This document shows, one piece after another, positions 37,218 to 47,010 of a DNA stretch of 64,000 nucleotides; the first letter of the stretch is position 1; every line of letters begins with the position of its first letter. The position numbers and the translations under genes were made by a program. The notes below the pieces were generated by a model. That model had not been told where the DNA came from, did no database searches, and saw only the letters and a program-made list of their open reading frames with translations. The stretch comes from a virus (lineage: Duplodnaviria > Caudoviricetes). The DNA lies in IMG/VR virus record IMGVR_UViG_3300042317_001691, positions 1-64,000 of that record; one strand, written 5' to 3'.

Positions 37218-37847
37218 TTAAATATTAATTTCTTGAATTTGTTTTAAAAAAATCTTGAACGTCATCTCAATATCATACAAAGCATTATGCAATTTTGTGG
37301 GATCATGTTCAATTTCATATTTTTTCAGCAAGAATGCTTGGCTTGTTTTTATTTTTTTATCCCTGTAAGAGACGAATTTATATTGAGACAAAATATCGTC
37401 CTTTTGAAAATCTTTATTTTCTAAAGCTAATGACATTGCTAAAGCTCGAACATCTAAAATTCTAGATATGTAAGAATGATCGGGCTCCAAACCGCAATGT
37501 TTTCTTAAGATATTCAAGATGTAAACATCAAAGTTAAGTAAGTTTTGTCCAACAATAATATAGCTAGGATCGGATAAAACCGACCAAAGATCATTTAAAA
37601 CTTTTAAAGGATTTTCTGCTTTTGATTCGTAAAAATGCCTGTCAAAGTTTGTAATTTTTGCAGCTTCATCTGAGACTTTTAAATCTGGCCATTTGACATA
37701 TCTGTCATTCTTGGTCTTGATTGCTTTGCCCTTTGCGGTAATCCAAGATACTTGCCAAGGTCTGGACGAGATTAAATTCAAACCTTCTGTTTCCGTGTCC
37801 AGAATCAAGTAATTCTGGTCGAAATTAAACCTGAGTAAGTTTTCCAT
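37218..37847 (-). CDS. DEDDh 3'-5' exonuclease (DnaQ-like)
   Basis: LDTETEG, QNLLNFD, HNALYD. Confidence 0.88.
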   Translation of the reverse strand: MENLLRFNFDQNYLILDTETEGLNLISSRPWQVSWITAKGKAIKTKNDRYVKWPDLKVSDEAAKITNFDRHFYESKAENPLKVLNDLWSVLSDPSYIIVGQNLLNFDVYILNILRKHCGLEPDHSYISRILDVRALAMSLALENKDFQKDDILSQYKFVSYRDKKIKTSQAFLLKKYEIEHDPTKLHNALYDIEMTFKIFLKQIQEINI

Positions 37848-38586
37848 TTTTTTCTAAGTAGCTCTCCCAACAAAATTCATCTGAACCAAAATGATTTAAA
37901 TTTGGATTAGATAAGGATATTTCTTTTCCGAATGATCTATTAGTTAAGCATTTATATGTTTGAAATGCAAAAACATCCTTTTTATCTTTATAAAGGATTG
38001 TCTTGGCTAGTATTGGATCTGAAGTTACATTTTTAATTTTAGGTTTCAGAATTGAATCAAATGGCAACCCATTATCTTCAATAAAATAAACTGGCTGAGT
38101 AAAGTTAAAATTTGGAAGACAATTTGAAAAGCTAAAACTATTATTAAAAATATAAGAATCGTAAAATGGTACTGCTAGTTTTAAGTCAGACTCACTCCAC
38201 AAAGAAGATAGAGTTTTACAGTCGATAAAACCTCCATGATCGCAGAATGCAGTTGAATAAATTTTATTTAACTGTTTGCAGCCAGAATCATTTTTTGCAA
38301 AGATGATTATTTTGTGTTTTGATTGTTCTTTGTTCTCTTCTGAAACGTCGTTGCAGCAATTTATTCTAAGGCCGAAAATGAGTTGGATATTTAAACTTTT
38401 GCAGGACTTGTGCGCCTCAAGAAAGCCAATCATTGAATCTTCGACCAAGACAATCTGATTTAAATTATTGTCTTTTGCTATTTGCAAAATTGAATCTGCA
38501 CAAGAAGAATCTGGGTCATCTTCTGGCATGTCCAAAGTGAGTATGCTTTTGCCAATTGAAAAATTGGACTTGAACAACGGAATCAT
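37825..38586 (-). CDS. Stand-alone PHP domain of DNA polymerase III alpha
   Basis: KSNFSIGKSIL, IQLIFGLRI, IIIFAKNDSGCKQLNKIYS follow the DnaE PHP layout; metal-binding His residues are missing. Confidence 0.8.
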   Translation of the reverse strand: MIPLFKSNFSIGKSILTLDMPEDDPDSSCADSILQIAKDNNLNQIVLVEDSMIGFLEAHKSCKSLNIQLIFGLRINCCNDVSEENKEQSKHKIIIFAKNDSGCKQLNKIYSTAFCDHGGFIDCKTLSSLWSESDLKLAVPFYDSYIFNNSFSFSNCLPNFNFTQPVYFIEDNGLPFDSILKPKIKNVTSDPILAKTILYKDKKDVFAFQTYKCLTNRSFGKEISLSNPNLNHFGSDEFCWESYLEKNGKLTQV

Positions 38587-38592
38587 AAACGA

Positions 38593-38621
38593 ATGCTATT
38601 CCGTAAAGGACGCTTCGTCAA
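38593..38621 (-). promoter_or_regulatory. sigma70-like promoter for the polymerase trio
   Basis: TTGACG-N17-TAGCAT. Confidence 0.6.
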
Positions 38622-38628
38622 GCCTAAT

Positions 38629-39630
38629 CTATTTGCATGAAAAGGCGGGACATCCTTTATATTTATGAAGCACAAATTGCTTGTCTGAATATTTTTCTTT
38701 AAATTTTTCTAAATCTTCTTTGAAGCAAGAGTCAATTATTTTACCAGTTTCATCTTTTATTTGGTAAAATTCAAATCCAAATTTTGCTGAACAAAACCAT
38801 TTGGGAGATCCATCCGCCTTCTTTTCATCTGGAGACTTGGCGTACCCACACATTAATGGACCACCAAAAGAGTTATCTTTGGGAAAGTCTGCTTTTGCTG
38901 CCAAATTTTTCAGTGCAGCTTTTTCATTAAAATTGTCAAGGTAATTTTGAATATCTGTTAATTGCTGTTCAAAACCAGCCAACTCCTCGTTGGTAATTTC
39001 TGGCATTTTAATAACGCCCTTTTTATGAGGATATTTTAAAAATATAAATTCGCTTGTGACACTTTTTAATTCTGGATACATTTTTCGCACAGCGAGTACG
39101 TACATTAAATCTTGCAAATTGTCTTCCAAATCTTTTCCTTTAAATACCTCTTTGCTCGACTTAAAGTCTCTTATTAGAGCTGAATCTTTTGATATAAATA
39201 ATTTATCAATGAATCCTTTTATTTTAAAATTAATTCTTTCGTCTTTAAAGTCTAAATCAAAATCCTTTTCCGAAACGCTTTCTTTAAGTTTTCCCATTGA
39301 CTCTCCATAAAAATCATAAGTTAAACCATTTAAAATCATCTCTTTGATTGAAGAGATATTTTTTTCATCTGCTACGCCTTCTCTTATTGCAGCTTCCTGC
39401 ATTAAGTTTTCAACAATTTTGCTACCAGATATACAGTTCTTTTTAAGAATTTTATTAAATTCTTTTTTATTCTCTCCTAAGAATTCAAAAATTTCATGGC
39501 ATACAGTTCCTCTTTTTGCTCCATCATTACTCTTGTCTGGAGCCTTTAGAAAATATTTAAACCAATAAAGCCAAGTGCATGACTGAACAGTTTTTATTCT
39601 GCTTGCGGAAAGTGTTACTCGTTCAGACAT
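38629..39630 (-). CDS. PD-(D/E)XK exonuclease (RecB/AddB/Cas4-like)
   Basis: LSASRIK..C, GFIDKL, IRDFKSSK motifs; Cys residues near the C-terminus. Confidence 0.82.
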   Translation of the reverse strand: MSERVTLSASRIKTVQSCTWLYWFKYFLKAPDKSNDGAKRGTVCHEIFEFLGENKKEFNKILKKNCISGSKIVENLMQEAAIREGVADEKNISSIKEMILNGLTYDFYGESMGKLKESVSEKDFDLDFKDERINFKIKGFIDKLFISKDSALIRDFKSSKEVFKGKDLEDNLQDLMYVLAVRKMYPELKSVTSEFIFLKYPHKKGVIKMPEITNEELAGFEQQLTDIQNYLDNFNEKAALKNLAAKADFPKDNSFGGPLMCGYAKSPDEKKADGSPKWFCSAKFGFEFYQIKDETGKIIDSCFKEDLEKFKEKYSDKQFVLHKYKGCPAFSCK

Positions 39631-40634
39631 TTTTTATAAAATTTTGCTAGCTTTGTTTTATCGAACTCTTTTTCGTTTTCCTTGATAAGATTTAAAATTT
39701 CTTCTATGGATAGTTCTTTTCTTTTTCTCCATTCGCAAAATAATAATGGATTATCAGAATTTTGCATTTCACCAAAATCATTTAACAATGGGGGTTTTAC
39801 TTTCAATATATTTAAATCAAAATAAGAAGAAAGCTTTATTAAGGTTTTAATGGAGGAAATTAATCCTCTGTTTGTATCGCTCGTAGAGTCATTATTTGCT
39901 GATATATAAATGCACTTGAGATCCTTGGAAACAAGAAAATTTATTAAGGTGCTACTGCAATCTAATCCAAACATCACAAGGTTGTTATAGTATCCATTTT
40001 GGGAAAGCGCCATGCTATCACCAATACTTTCTACTAAAATAACTTCGTCATTTATTTCTGGAAAGTCTGGAATGAGTGCAGGATAAATCCAATTTGATTT
40101 TCTTCCTATCAACTTCCACTTGGGCGCATTCTCGTCTTCATCAGTTACCTTCCTTCCAGCAAAACCAAAAATTTGCCCGATATCATTGTAGATAGGAAAA
40201 ACAGTTCTCCTATACATTCTTCCTGCAGAAGCTAATCCACACTTATAAAACTTTTGTGTTTCTTCTGAGATTCCGCGCTTTTTGTAAAAAGAATAATTTG
40301 GAAATAGCTTTTTTAAGCAGTCTTCTGGATAAATTTTTTCCATTTCTAATTTTTCTTTTTTTTCTACGATCTCTCCCATTTGCTCCTTACAATCGAGGAG
40401 GTACTTTTGGATAACAGAATAATCAGTTGTATTTAATGTTAATTCAACAAGTTTTTTAAATGGCATGGGAGCTTTGCTTTGGACAAAGTCTTGCCAGACT
40501 CCAGTATCCTTATAAATCTTTAAGGAAGAGTTATTGTTGCCATTTCTATATAAAGCTTTCGTTCTCCAATGATTTCCGAAATCATTGAGTTCGTAGCCAA
40601 GCTCAATTAGGGAAGATTGAATTTTAGATTTCAT
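39615..40634 (-). CDS. DNA primase (DnaG-like, TOPRIM)
   Basis: RTVFPIYN..G.IFGFAGR, ILVESIGD, NND; likely start MKSK at 40634. Confidence 0.85.
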   Translation of the reverse strand: MKSKIQSSLIELGYELNDFGNHWRTKALYRNGNNNSSLKIYKDTGVWQDFVQSKAPMPFKKLVELTLNTTDYSVIQKYLLDCKEQMGEIVEKKEKLEMEKIYPEDCLKKLFPNYSFYKKRGISEETQKFYKCGLASAGRMYRRTVFPIYNDIGQIFGFAGRKVTDEDENAPKWKLIGRKSNWIYPALIPDFPEINDEVILVESIGDSMALSQNGYYNNLVMFGLDCSSTLINFLVSKDLKCIYISANNDSTSDTNRGLISSIKTLIKLSSYFDLNILKVKPPLLNDFGEMQNSDNPLLFCEWRKRKELSIEEILNLIKENEKEFDKTKLAKFYKKCLNE

Positions 40635-42144
40635 CGAAGTTGGGAACCCTTTCCATTGTAAAATCTGAATCCTCATCAAGATCAGCTCTTCCGTTTAGAA
40701 ACGCTGCAATATCACGAAGATCTCCTTTTTCTGTAATTGAAAAGTTTTTAAATTCTAAATTTATAAAATTGTTTCTCATTGTGTCGTTAATTCTAACTGG
40801 CTCTAAAGCGCCAGCCAAATCTGAACCAAGGTGACGATGCTTAATGCATATGAACTTATGAGTTCCAAACTGATTGCCTTCGCTTTGAATTTCATCAATC
40901 GTTTTCTTTCTCAAAATAAACATGTGAGAACTGAACTGCGTAATCCTATCAGAAAGAGAAACGATGCTTTCATCGTCAACTACATTTTGTGAATTTCTAT
41001 TATTCGTAATACCCGTCCGATTACTTTGAACGGAAGTAATCATAGGAATAATTGGCTTGCCATCAATAAGCATTTCTTTCTGGATGCATTTTTTAAATTT
41101 GTCAACCATTTCTCCAACTAACTGCCATTCATTTTTATCGCTCTTTTCTGCAGTGGTTTTAATGTAATCGAAGCTAAAAACCATTTTATTTCCCCTGCCA
41201 ATGTTGGAATAATAAAACCTTTTTAACGTATTGATCATTGAATCAACATCAAGTCCACCCACATTATAATAAAAGAACTTCATCTTTTTTATTTTGGGCC
41301 AAACAGACCTAACTTTTTCCACAACTGCATCGCCAGCTTTTCTCCATTGTCCACTCTCTAACAAGTGCATTGGAACTCCAGATAAAGCAGTACATTGCCT
41401 CATCATTAATTCTTCTTTGCTCATTTCTCCATTATCAAAATGTAAGACAGGAACGTCATAAATTGACGCAACCTTTGTTGCGTAATCCATGCAAAATTGT
41501 GTTTTACCAACGCCAGATCGAGCAACTACGACAGTAATATTTCCAGGCCTTAAAAGAGATCCATATATTTCATTTATTTTCTTATGTGGACCCATTAAGC
41601 CAAATTCCTTTATTGGATTATTTCCCCTATCCTCTATGAGATACTCCATATCATCATAGATATTTTGTGGTGTATCGGCTCCTATTTCGTAAAAATTTAT
41701 TTTAGAATTATAAATCTTATCCGCAGAAGAAACGATATCTAAATAAGAACTCTCTGGAGGGAGAGATTTCATCTTCTTTCCAACCTCCAGCGAGGAGTCG
41801 TAAATCTCTCTTCTGATTGTATATTTTTTTAATTCTTTTGCAGCTTTAAGGGTGCTAGATTCGGAAACCTTACGCATTCCTAATGACTTTATATAGTCAG
41901 CCGCATTAAAATTGTCTTCAAAAGAAATTCCTATTGACTGAATTCTTTGTGCAATAATAACATCATCAATGTCTTCTGCATTTTCAATCGCTTGTTTGAT
42001 GATGATGAAAATTGTTTTATTTAGAAGCGAATCTTCGGAATAAAAATCTCTTTCGCTGACGAAAGAACAAATGTCAACGAAAGAGTTTGGATTTTTAATT
42101 AAGCCTGCAAGTAGTTGTTTTTCTAGTTCATACGAATAGATCAT
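40624..42144 (-). CDS. dnaB: Replicative DNA helicase
   Basis: ARSGVGKT, EMSKEEL, FDYIK, SVQSNR, KHRH. Confidence 0.9.
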   Translation of the reverse strand: MIYSYELEKQLLAGLIKNPNSFVDICSFVSERDFYSEDSLLNKTIFIIIKQAIENAEDIDDVIIAQRIQSIGISFEDNFNAADYIKSLGMRKVSESSTLKAAKELKKYTIRREIYDSSLEVGKKMKSLPPESSYLDIVSSADKIYNSKINFYEIGADTPQNIYDDMEYLIEDRGNNPIKEFGLMGPHKKINEIYGSLLRPGNITVVVARSGVGKTQFCMDYATKVASIYDVPVLHFDNGEMSKEELMMRQCTALSGVPMHLLESGQWRKAGDAVVEKVRSVWPKIKKMKFFYYNVGGLDVDSMINTLKRFYYSNIGRGNKMVFSFDYIKTTAEKSDKNEWQLVGEMVDKFKKCIQKEMLIDGKPIIPMITSVQSNRTGITNNRNSQNVVDDESIVSLSDRITQFSSHMFILRKKTIDEIQSEGNQFGTHKFICIKHRHLGSDLAGALEPVRINDTMRNNFINLEFKNFSITEKGDLRDIAAFLNGRADLDEDSDFTMERVPNFDEI

Positions 42145-42149
42145 GAACT

Positions 42150-42178
42150 ATGCTACATTGTATAAATTCAATTGTCAA
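42150..42178 (-). promoter_or_regulatory. sigma70-like promoter upstream of the helicase
   Basis: TTGACA-N17-TAGCAT. Confidence 0.62.
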
Positions 42179-42447
42179 TCATCATCGTCATTTTCCTCTG
42201 GGCTTTCCTCAAATTCTACATGATGCATCGACGAGTTGTCTTCAGTAAAAATTTCTAAAAATTTAGTTAAGGCAAATTCTGTAGCTTGAGAATCGTATTT
42301 TTGTTTAATTTGACCATTACCATCTTCGTCAATATAAACAAGAATATATCCCTTATTCTTTTCTGTTGAACCTGTAAATTCATACAGCATTTCTAGAAAA
42401 TTATCTGGTATTTCAAACTTATTAAATTTGACTTTTTTTCTAGCCAT
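42175..42447 (-). CDS. Hypothetical protein with acidic tail
   Basis: Likely start MARKK at 42447; GTGTAA motif 8 nt upstream. Confidence 0.65.
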   Translation of the reverse strand: MARKKVKFNKFEIPDNFLEMLYEFTGSTEKNKGYILVYIDEDGNGQIKQKYDSQATEFALTKFLEIFTEDNSSMHHVEFEESPEENDDDD

Positions 42448-42460
42448 ATTTTGTATTACA

Positions 42461-42868
42461 CTACAAATAAACGCCAAACTTTTCAAATAAATCTTTATTT
42501 ATATTATCGGATGGATAAATCTCTACAAGATTAATTTGATTCAATTCACAAAAATCAATTTTACTTACGTCTCTTTTTATTTGCTTTAAATATCCCCCTC
42601 TAGTGCTATGAAAAAACGGAGTATATTTAAAATGCTGCGCTCCTTGAACTTCTATTGCTATTTTTTTATTGGCGTTGTAAAAGTCTAAAGAGAGTCGAGT
42701 GCCCGCAATTCTCATTTCTTCGAATACGACATCTCCTTCCCAAAATTTTTTGAGGAACGCTTTTACTTCAAATTGAAATTTACTTCTGCTTTTTCCATCC
42801 CACTTTATTAAAAATTGCTTGATATTTTTAACGGTTCTCTCCTTGCCATCAAGCGTTTTGAATTTCAT
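42461..42868 (-). CDS. DUF559/Vsr-like endonuclease
   Basis: LDFYN...IAIEVQGAQH...RD..K..FC. Confidence 0.75.
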   Translation of the reverse strand: MKFKTLDGKERTVKNIKQFLIKWDGKSRSKFQFEVKAFLKKFWEGDVVFEEMRIAGTRLSLDFYNANKKIAIEVQGAQHFKYTPFFHSTRGGYLKQIKRDVSKIDFCELNQINLVEIYPSDNINKDLFEKFGVYL

Positions 42869-43985
42869 TAATTGAATTTTTAAAGTAATTTACTAGAAAT
42901 TTAATTAAGATCGGATTTTCTTCAATAAATTTAAATAAAGCCTTTTCTCCTTGGAAGTTTTCTGGAACTTCTACTCCTGTGTCTTTAATTAATTCAACGA
43001 GTTCTTCTGAAGGTTTAATCCAAGGTCCAGACCTCTCTACGAATTCCCAAGCGTAAAGTAAATCAACCAATTCTTTTTCGATCCAAATTGAACTTCCATT
43101 TTTTCTTCCATATCTAATTGGATATGGAATTTGGAGATTTGTCTTCTCGTTTGGAGATTTTTTAACAGTTACTTTCGCCCAATGGCCGATTGGAGGATTT
43201 TTTTCTAAATCTATTTTTTTGTTATTTGGATCTTGTAAGATCAAATCTCCGCCAAATCGAGGCTCAAACTCCAAAATCCAATTAGCGAAGTGCAATAATG
43301 CATTGCCTCCAGTTGCTGATGTTTGCCTAATTGGAGCTTTACTATATGGGTCAAGTTTAATATCGGCTCGCACTTGCGAAATAAAGACTGCCATATGCCC
43401 TCTCTTTGCTAAGGCGATAGACATGCGCTTCATGAAGTTCGCGGCTATTACGGCCCCTCCAGCGACCTTATTGCTATCTTCAAATGTCTTATCTAGATCA
43501 ACCTTGCTAATCAACCCATCTACAGCATCAAGCAAGAAATAGTATTTAATGCCTTCTTGATTGTTGGCAACCAAGGATCTCATTGCATCAACGACCGTTT
43601 CATAAATATTACTCTCAAAGACAAAACAAGTACCCGTATTCCAATCTTCTGCAGAAGTAGTAAATTTAACTCCAGATCTCTCCTTCATTTCTGGAGAGAG
43701 TCTTCCTTCAGCTTTAATATAAAAGCCTTTTGAATTAGGGACTGTATTCAAGAAATTGCGCATTACCTCTAATGCTTGACTTGTTTTTCCCCCTTCATTA
43801 ATTCCGCAAAACCTATGGAGTCCAGGTCCAAATCCTCCTCCCATATGGATATCCAGTTGTAAAGAGCCGCTTGATACCTTGTAATTAAAATCATCTTCAA
43901 AATTGTAGTGATTTTCTTTATTATTCTTCAAGAAATTTGATAAAATTTCATTTGAAGTGACAATCTTTTCTTCTTTTTTAGCCAT
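42849..43985 (-). CDS. RecA/UvsX-like recombinase
   Basis: Walker A GINEGGKT, LDAVDGL, FISQVR, GGNALLHFA. Confidence 0.85.
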   Translation of the reverse strand: MAKKEEKIVTSNEILSNFLKNNKENHYNFEDDFNYKVSSGSLQLDIHMGGGFGPGLHRFCGINEGGKTSQALEVMRNFLNTVPNSKGFYIKAEGRLSPEMKERSGVKFTTSAEDWNTGTCFVFESNIYETVVDAMRSLVANNQEGIKYYFLLDAVDGLISKVDLDKTFEDSNKVAGGAVIAANFMKRMSIALAKRGHMAVFISQVRADIKLDPYSKAPIRQTSATGGNALLHFANWILEFEPRFGGDLILQDPNNKKIDLEKNPPIGHWAKVTVKKSPNEKTNLQIPYPIRYGRKNGSSIWIEKELVDLLYAWEFVERSGPWIKPSEELVELIKDTGVEVPENFQGEKALFKFIEENPILIKFLVNYFKNSINEIQNA

Positions 43986-44319
43986 TTAAAAAGTCCCTTA
44001 CTGTTTTTGGTTTTTTGTTTAAGTTTAAATCTTCTCCAAATTTTTTGTCGCTTATTTCGTGAGCGTCATACTTAGAATAATCAATTTTGTATTCAAAGCA
44101 TCTAAATCTTCGATCAAGTTCTTGTTTGAAAGAATCGCATAAAAGTATAGCAATGCTTTCGTATTTTTTATCAAATGTCAATGCTTCAATAAATTCTTCT
44201 GAATACCTTTCAATTAAAAGATTCAGCATCTTCATCTCTTTCGAGAAGAAGATGCGTGATCCCTTGTTTGGAAATTCAACTAATTTTTTTAAAATTGTGC
44301 GCTTGTTTATTTTCGCCAC
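43978..44319 (-). CDS. Hypothetical protein
   Basis: GTG start behind a sigma70-like promoter. Confidence 0.65.
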   Translation of the reverse strand: MAKINKRTILKKLVEFPNKGSRIFFSKEMKMLNLLIERYSEEFIEALTFDKKYESIAILLCDSFKQELDRRFRCFEYKIDYSKYDAHEISDKKFGEDLNLNKKPKTVRDFLNG

Positions 44320-44324
44320 AATTT

Positions 44325-44353
44325 AAACTATCAGGAAGATAGATCGTTGTCAA
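44325..44353 (-). promoter_or_regulatory. sigma70-like promoter for the recombination block
   Basis: TTGACA-N17-TAGTTT. Confidence 0.55.
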
Positions 44354-45380
44354 CCATCTTTTTTACTAGCTGTTCGAATGAAACTTCTGGCTTCCAGCCC
44401 AATTCATCTCTAGCTGGATTTGAGTCCCCTAATAATAAATCTACCTCCGCTGGTCTATAAAATTGAGGATCAATTTCCATTAAAATGGAGCTTTTAATTT
44501 CACAAACATCATGTATGTAACTGGGAACAATATATTTTCTACCCTCTCCACTTCCAATCCACTCTCCTTGAATTCCTGCGTGTGTGAAAGCTAGTTCAAC
44601 AAATTCTTGAATTGTGTGAGTTTCATTTGAAGACAGAACATAATCTTTAGGCTTTTCTTGATTCAGCATTAACCAAATTCCATGCACGAAATCTTCAGCA
44701 TCACTCCAATCTCTTTTTGAAAGAATGTTGCCTAGTTTTAATGGTTCAAATTCTTGTTTATTTTGAATTGCTTTTCTGATTCTGGCCACATTTTTTGTAA
44801 TTTTCCTAGTGACGAATTCTTCTCCTCTTCTGACTCCTTCGTGATTAAAGAGAATACCTTGAACTGCATAAAGATTATAGGACTCTCTGTAAACTTTTAC
44901 TAAATGATGAGCAGTGCATTTTGAAACTCCATATGGAGATCTTGGCTTAAAGGGATGCTTAATATCTTGTGGCGCATAATCTACATCTCCAAATTGCTCT
45001 GAACTTCCAGCATTATAAAATCTAGTATTTGGTTTGATATTTTTAATTGCTTCTAAGCAATGAAGAACTCCAATAGCATTTGTCTGCATATGATTAACTG
45101 GCATCTTCCAGCTATTACCAACAAAAGAATTAGCAGCAAAATTAATGAAATAATCTGGTAAAATCTCAGCAAATACATTTCCTATGCTTTCTGGATCTGT
45201 AGCATCCATTTCAACTATTTTAAATCTAGAATTTGATTTTAAATGTTGAATATTTGAATGATTTGGAACGCTAAGTCTTCTATGAGCGCCATATACATCT
45301 GCATCCTTATATTTAGATAAAAGATATTCGGCCATTAAACTTCCATCTTGACCAGTAATTCCCGTTATTAATATTTTCAT
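44331..45380 (-). CDS. gmd: GDP-mannose 4,6-dehydratase
   Basis: ITGITGQDGS, AGSSEQFG, PRSPYGVSK, GILFNHE, FVTRKIT, RDWSDAED, YRPAEVDLLLGD. Confidence 0.95.
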   Translation of the reverse strand: MKILITGITGQDGSLMAEYLLSKYKDADVYGAHRRLSVPNHSNIQHLKSNSRFKIVEMDATDPESIGNVFAEILPDYFINFAANSFVGNSWKMPVNHMQTNAIGVLHCLEAIKNIKPNTRFYNAGSSEQFGDVDYAPQDIKHPFKPRSPYGVSKCTAHHLVKVYRESYNLYAVQGILFNHEGVRRGEEFVTRKITKNVARIRKAIQNKQEFEPLKLGNILSKRDWSDAEDFVHGIWLMLNQEKPKDYVLSSNETHTIQEFVELAFTHAGIQGEWIGSGEGRKYIVPSYIHDVCEIKSSILMEIDPQFYRPAEVDLLLGDSNPARDELGWKPEVSFEQLVKKMVDNDLSS

Positions 45381-45772
45381 GATTTTTTTTCTAAAACTTT
45401 AGAATTTGGAAAAAATTTATTTTGTAAATTTATCTTACAATTATATCTTTTTAGATTTAAATTATCTACTTCTTTTGCGGATATTTCTCCATATCTTGCC
45501 TTTTCCACTGCATTGAATGTCTCAGCATTGGAGTAAAGTAGAGCTTGATATTCATCTGAATTTACTATTTTAAAATGCAAACTTTTACCAACCTGTCTTT
45601 CAATACTATCATTCAGAGATAAAAAATTTTCAGTCGCATTTGTAATATTTTTTATTATTTTTACTTCAGCAATTGCTAAAACATCATAAGCATAACCTTC
45701 ATCTACTGGTATGTTTATCACACTAAATATAATTAGAATTTGAATAAAAATTAATAATTGATTCTTTTGCAT
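45377..45772 (-). CDS. Hypothetical protein associated with the glycan gene cluster
   Basis: PVDEGYAYDVLAIAEVK; start could be the GTG at 45721. Confidence 0.6.
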   Translation of the reverse strand: MQKNQLLIFIQILIIFSVINIPVDEGYAYDVLAIAEVKIIKNITNATENFLSLNDSIERQVGKSLHFKIVNSDEYQALLYSNAETFNAVEKARYGEISAKEVDNLNLKRYNCKINLQNKFFPNSKVLEKKS

Positions 45773-46374
45773 TATAGCAGCTCTAAATTTACATACCAAT
45801 CTTCATATGGTTTATTAAACCATAATGGATTCGGATCTAAACAAGCTACATTATCAAATACTCTTTCAAATCCATTGTTTGACAATAAATTAAAAATTAA
45901 ATCTTTTCTTTCTGAACCTTCGCAGTATAAATTATGTTCGACTGTAATTAATCCAATTCTATATTTTTTAAAATCAAAATCTTTTAAAGCTAAAAATTCA
46001 TGGCCTTCAATATCTAGAGATAAATAGTCAATTATATTGGGACAATTATTTTCTTCTAAAATATTTATTAATGGAGAGCATTTTACTTTTTCGCCATTGG
46101 AAGAAATTTTATCATTGTTAATGAAACATTCTCCAATATAATCTGTAACTGCATAATTTAAATTAATTGATTTTCTATTTTTTTTCAATAAAGAAAATAT
46201 AAATGGATTTGCTTCAATGCAAATTCCAGACCATTCTAAATTTTTTTCAAGGAAAAATGTATTGCTCGTTTGAATTCCGTCATAAGCTCCAACTTCAATA
46301 AAAAAACAATTTTTTTTATTTTTATAAAATTTGGACACCCATTCGTCTTGTTTAGATTGGGAGTAATAAGTCAT
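45772..46374 (-). CDS. FkbM family methyltransferase
   Basis: FIEVGAYDG..SNT, GICIEAN, IDYLSLDIEG.E. Confidence 0.88.
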   Translation of the reverse strand: MTYYSQSKQDEWVSKFYKNKKNCFFIEVGAYDGIQTSNTFFLEKNLEWSGICIEANPFIFSLLKKNRKSINLNYAVTDYIGECFINNDKISSNGEKVKCSPLINILEENNCPNIIDYLSLDIEGHEFLALKDFDFKKYRIGLITVEHNLYCEGSERKDLIFNLLSNNGFERVFDNVACLDPNPLWFNKPYEDWYVNLELL

Positions 46375-47005
46375 TTTTAATATATATTTGGTTATATTCT
46401 ATTTGTTTACTGAGTGAATATCCTATATCATTAAAATATTTTTCGTAATTAGGATTTTTTAAAAAATTTTCAACTACAATAATTTTGCAATTATATTTTT
46501 TTGTATCAAATCCTTTCATGACTTCTAATTCCCATCCTTCAGTATCAATTGACAATATATCTATATTTTCCAAATTTAGTTCCTCAAAAAGTGTATTTAA
46601 TTTTATAGTTTTGACTTTAACTTTTGTAGAATTAGATTCAGTTAATTTAAAATTTGTAAATTTTAAATAATCTTCATTAATACTTAATGATGAGAAGGAT
46701 TCGTAAGTTATATCGCCAACTTGTTGCTGAACGATAGTGAATTCACTCTCGCCATCTTCAAATGAACATGCAAATTCATATATTTCATTTTTTAAATTTC
46801 TATGTTTATTTGCAAATTCTGGATTCGGCTCAACAATAATTGATCTCCATCCACTATCTTTAAAGTGTTTAGACATTGATAGGAATTCTGGATCTGCACC
46901 ACCAACCTCAATAATTAAACCTTTATAATTAAAGTCTGAAAAATAAGTTTCTCTTATTATTTTATCTGTTTCAAATTCTGCGTAAAATCCTTTTATATTA
47001 TTCAT
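46352..47005 (-). CDS. FkbM family methyltransferase
   Basis: IIEVGG, IIVEPNP, IDILSIDTEGWELEV. Confidence 0.88.
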   Translation of the reverse strand: MNNIKGFYAEFETDKIIRETYFSDFNYKGLIIEVGGADPEFLSMSKHFKDSGWRSIIVEPNPEFANKHRNLKNEIYEFACSFEDGESEFTIVQQQVGDITYESFSSLSINEDYLKFTNFKLTESNSTKVKVKTIKLNTLFEELNLENIDILSIDTEGWELEVMKGFDTKKYNCKIIVVENFLKNPNYEKYFNDIGYSLSKQIEYNQIYIKNDLLLPI

Positions 47006-47010
47006 AAATT

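Noticed and set aside
38629-39630. Cas4 as part of a CRISPR-Cas system
   Set aside because: No cas1/cas2 or array in the window; its position in the replication block fits an ordinary phage exonuclease
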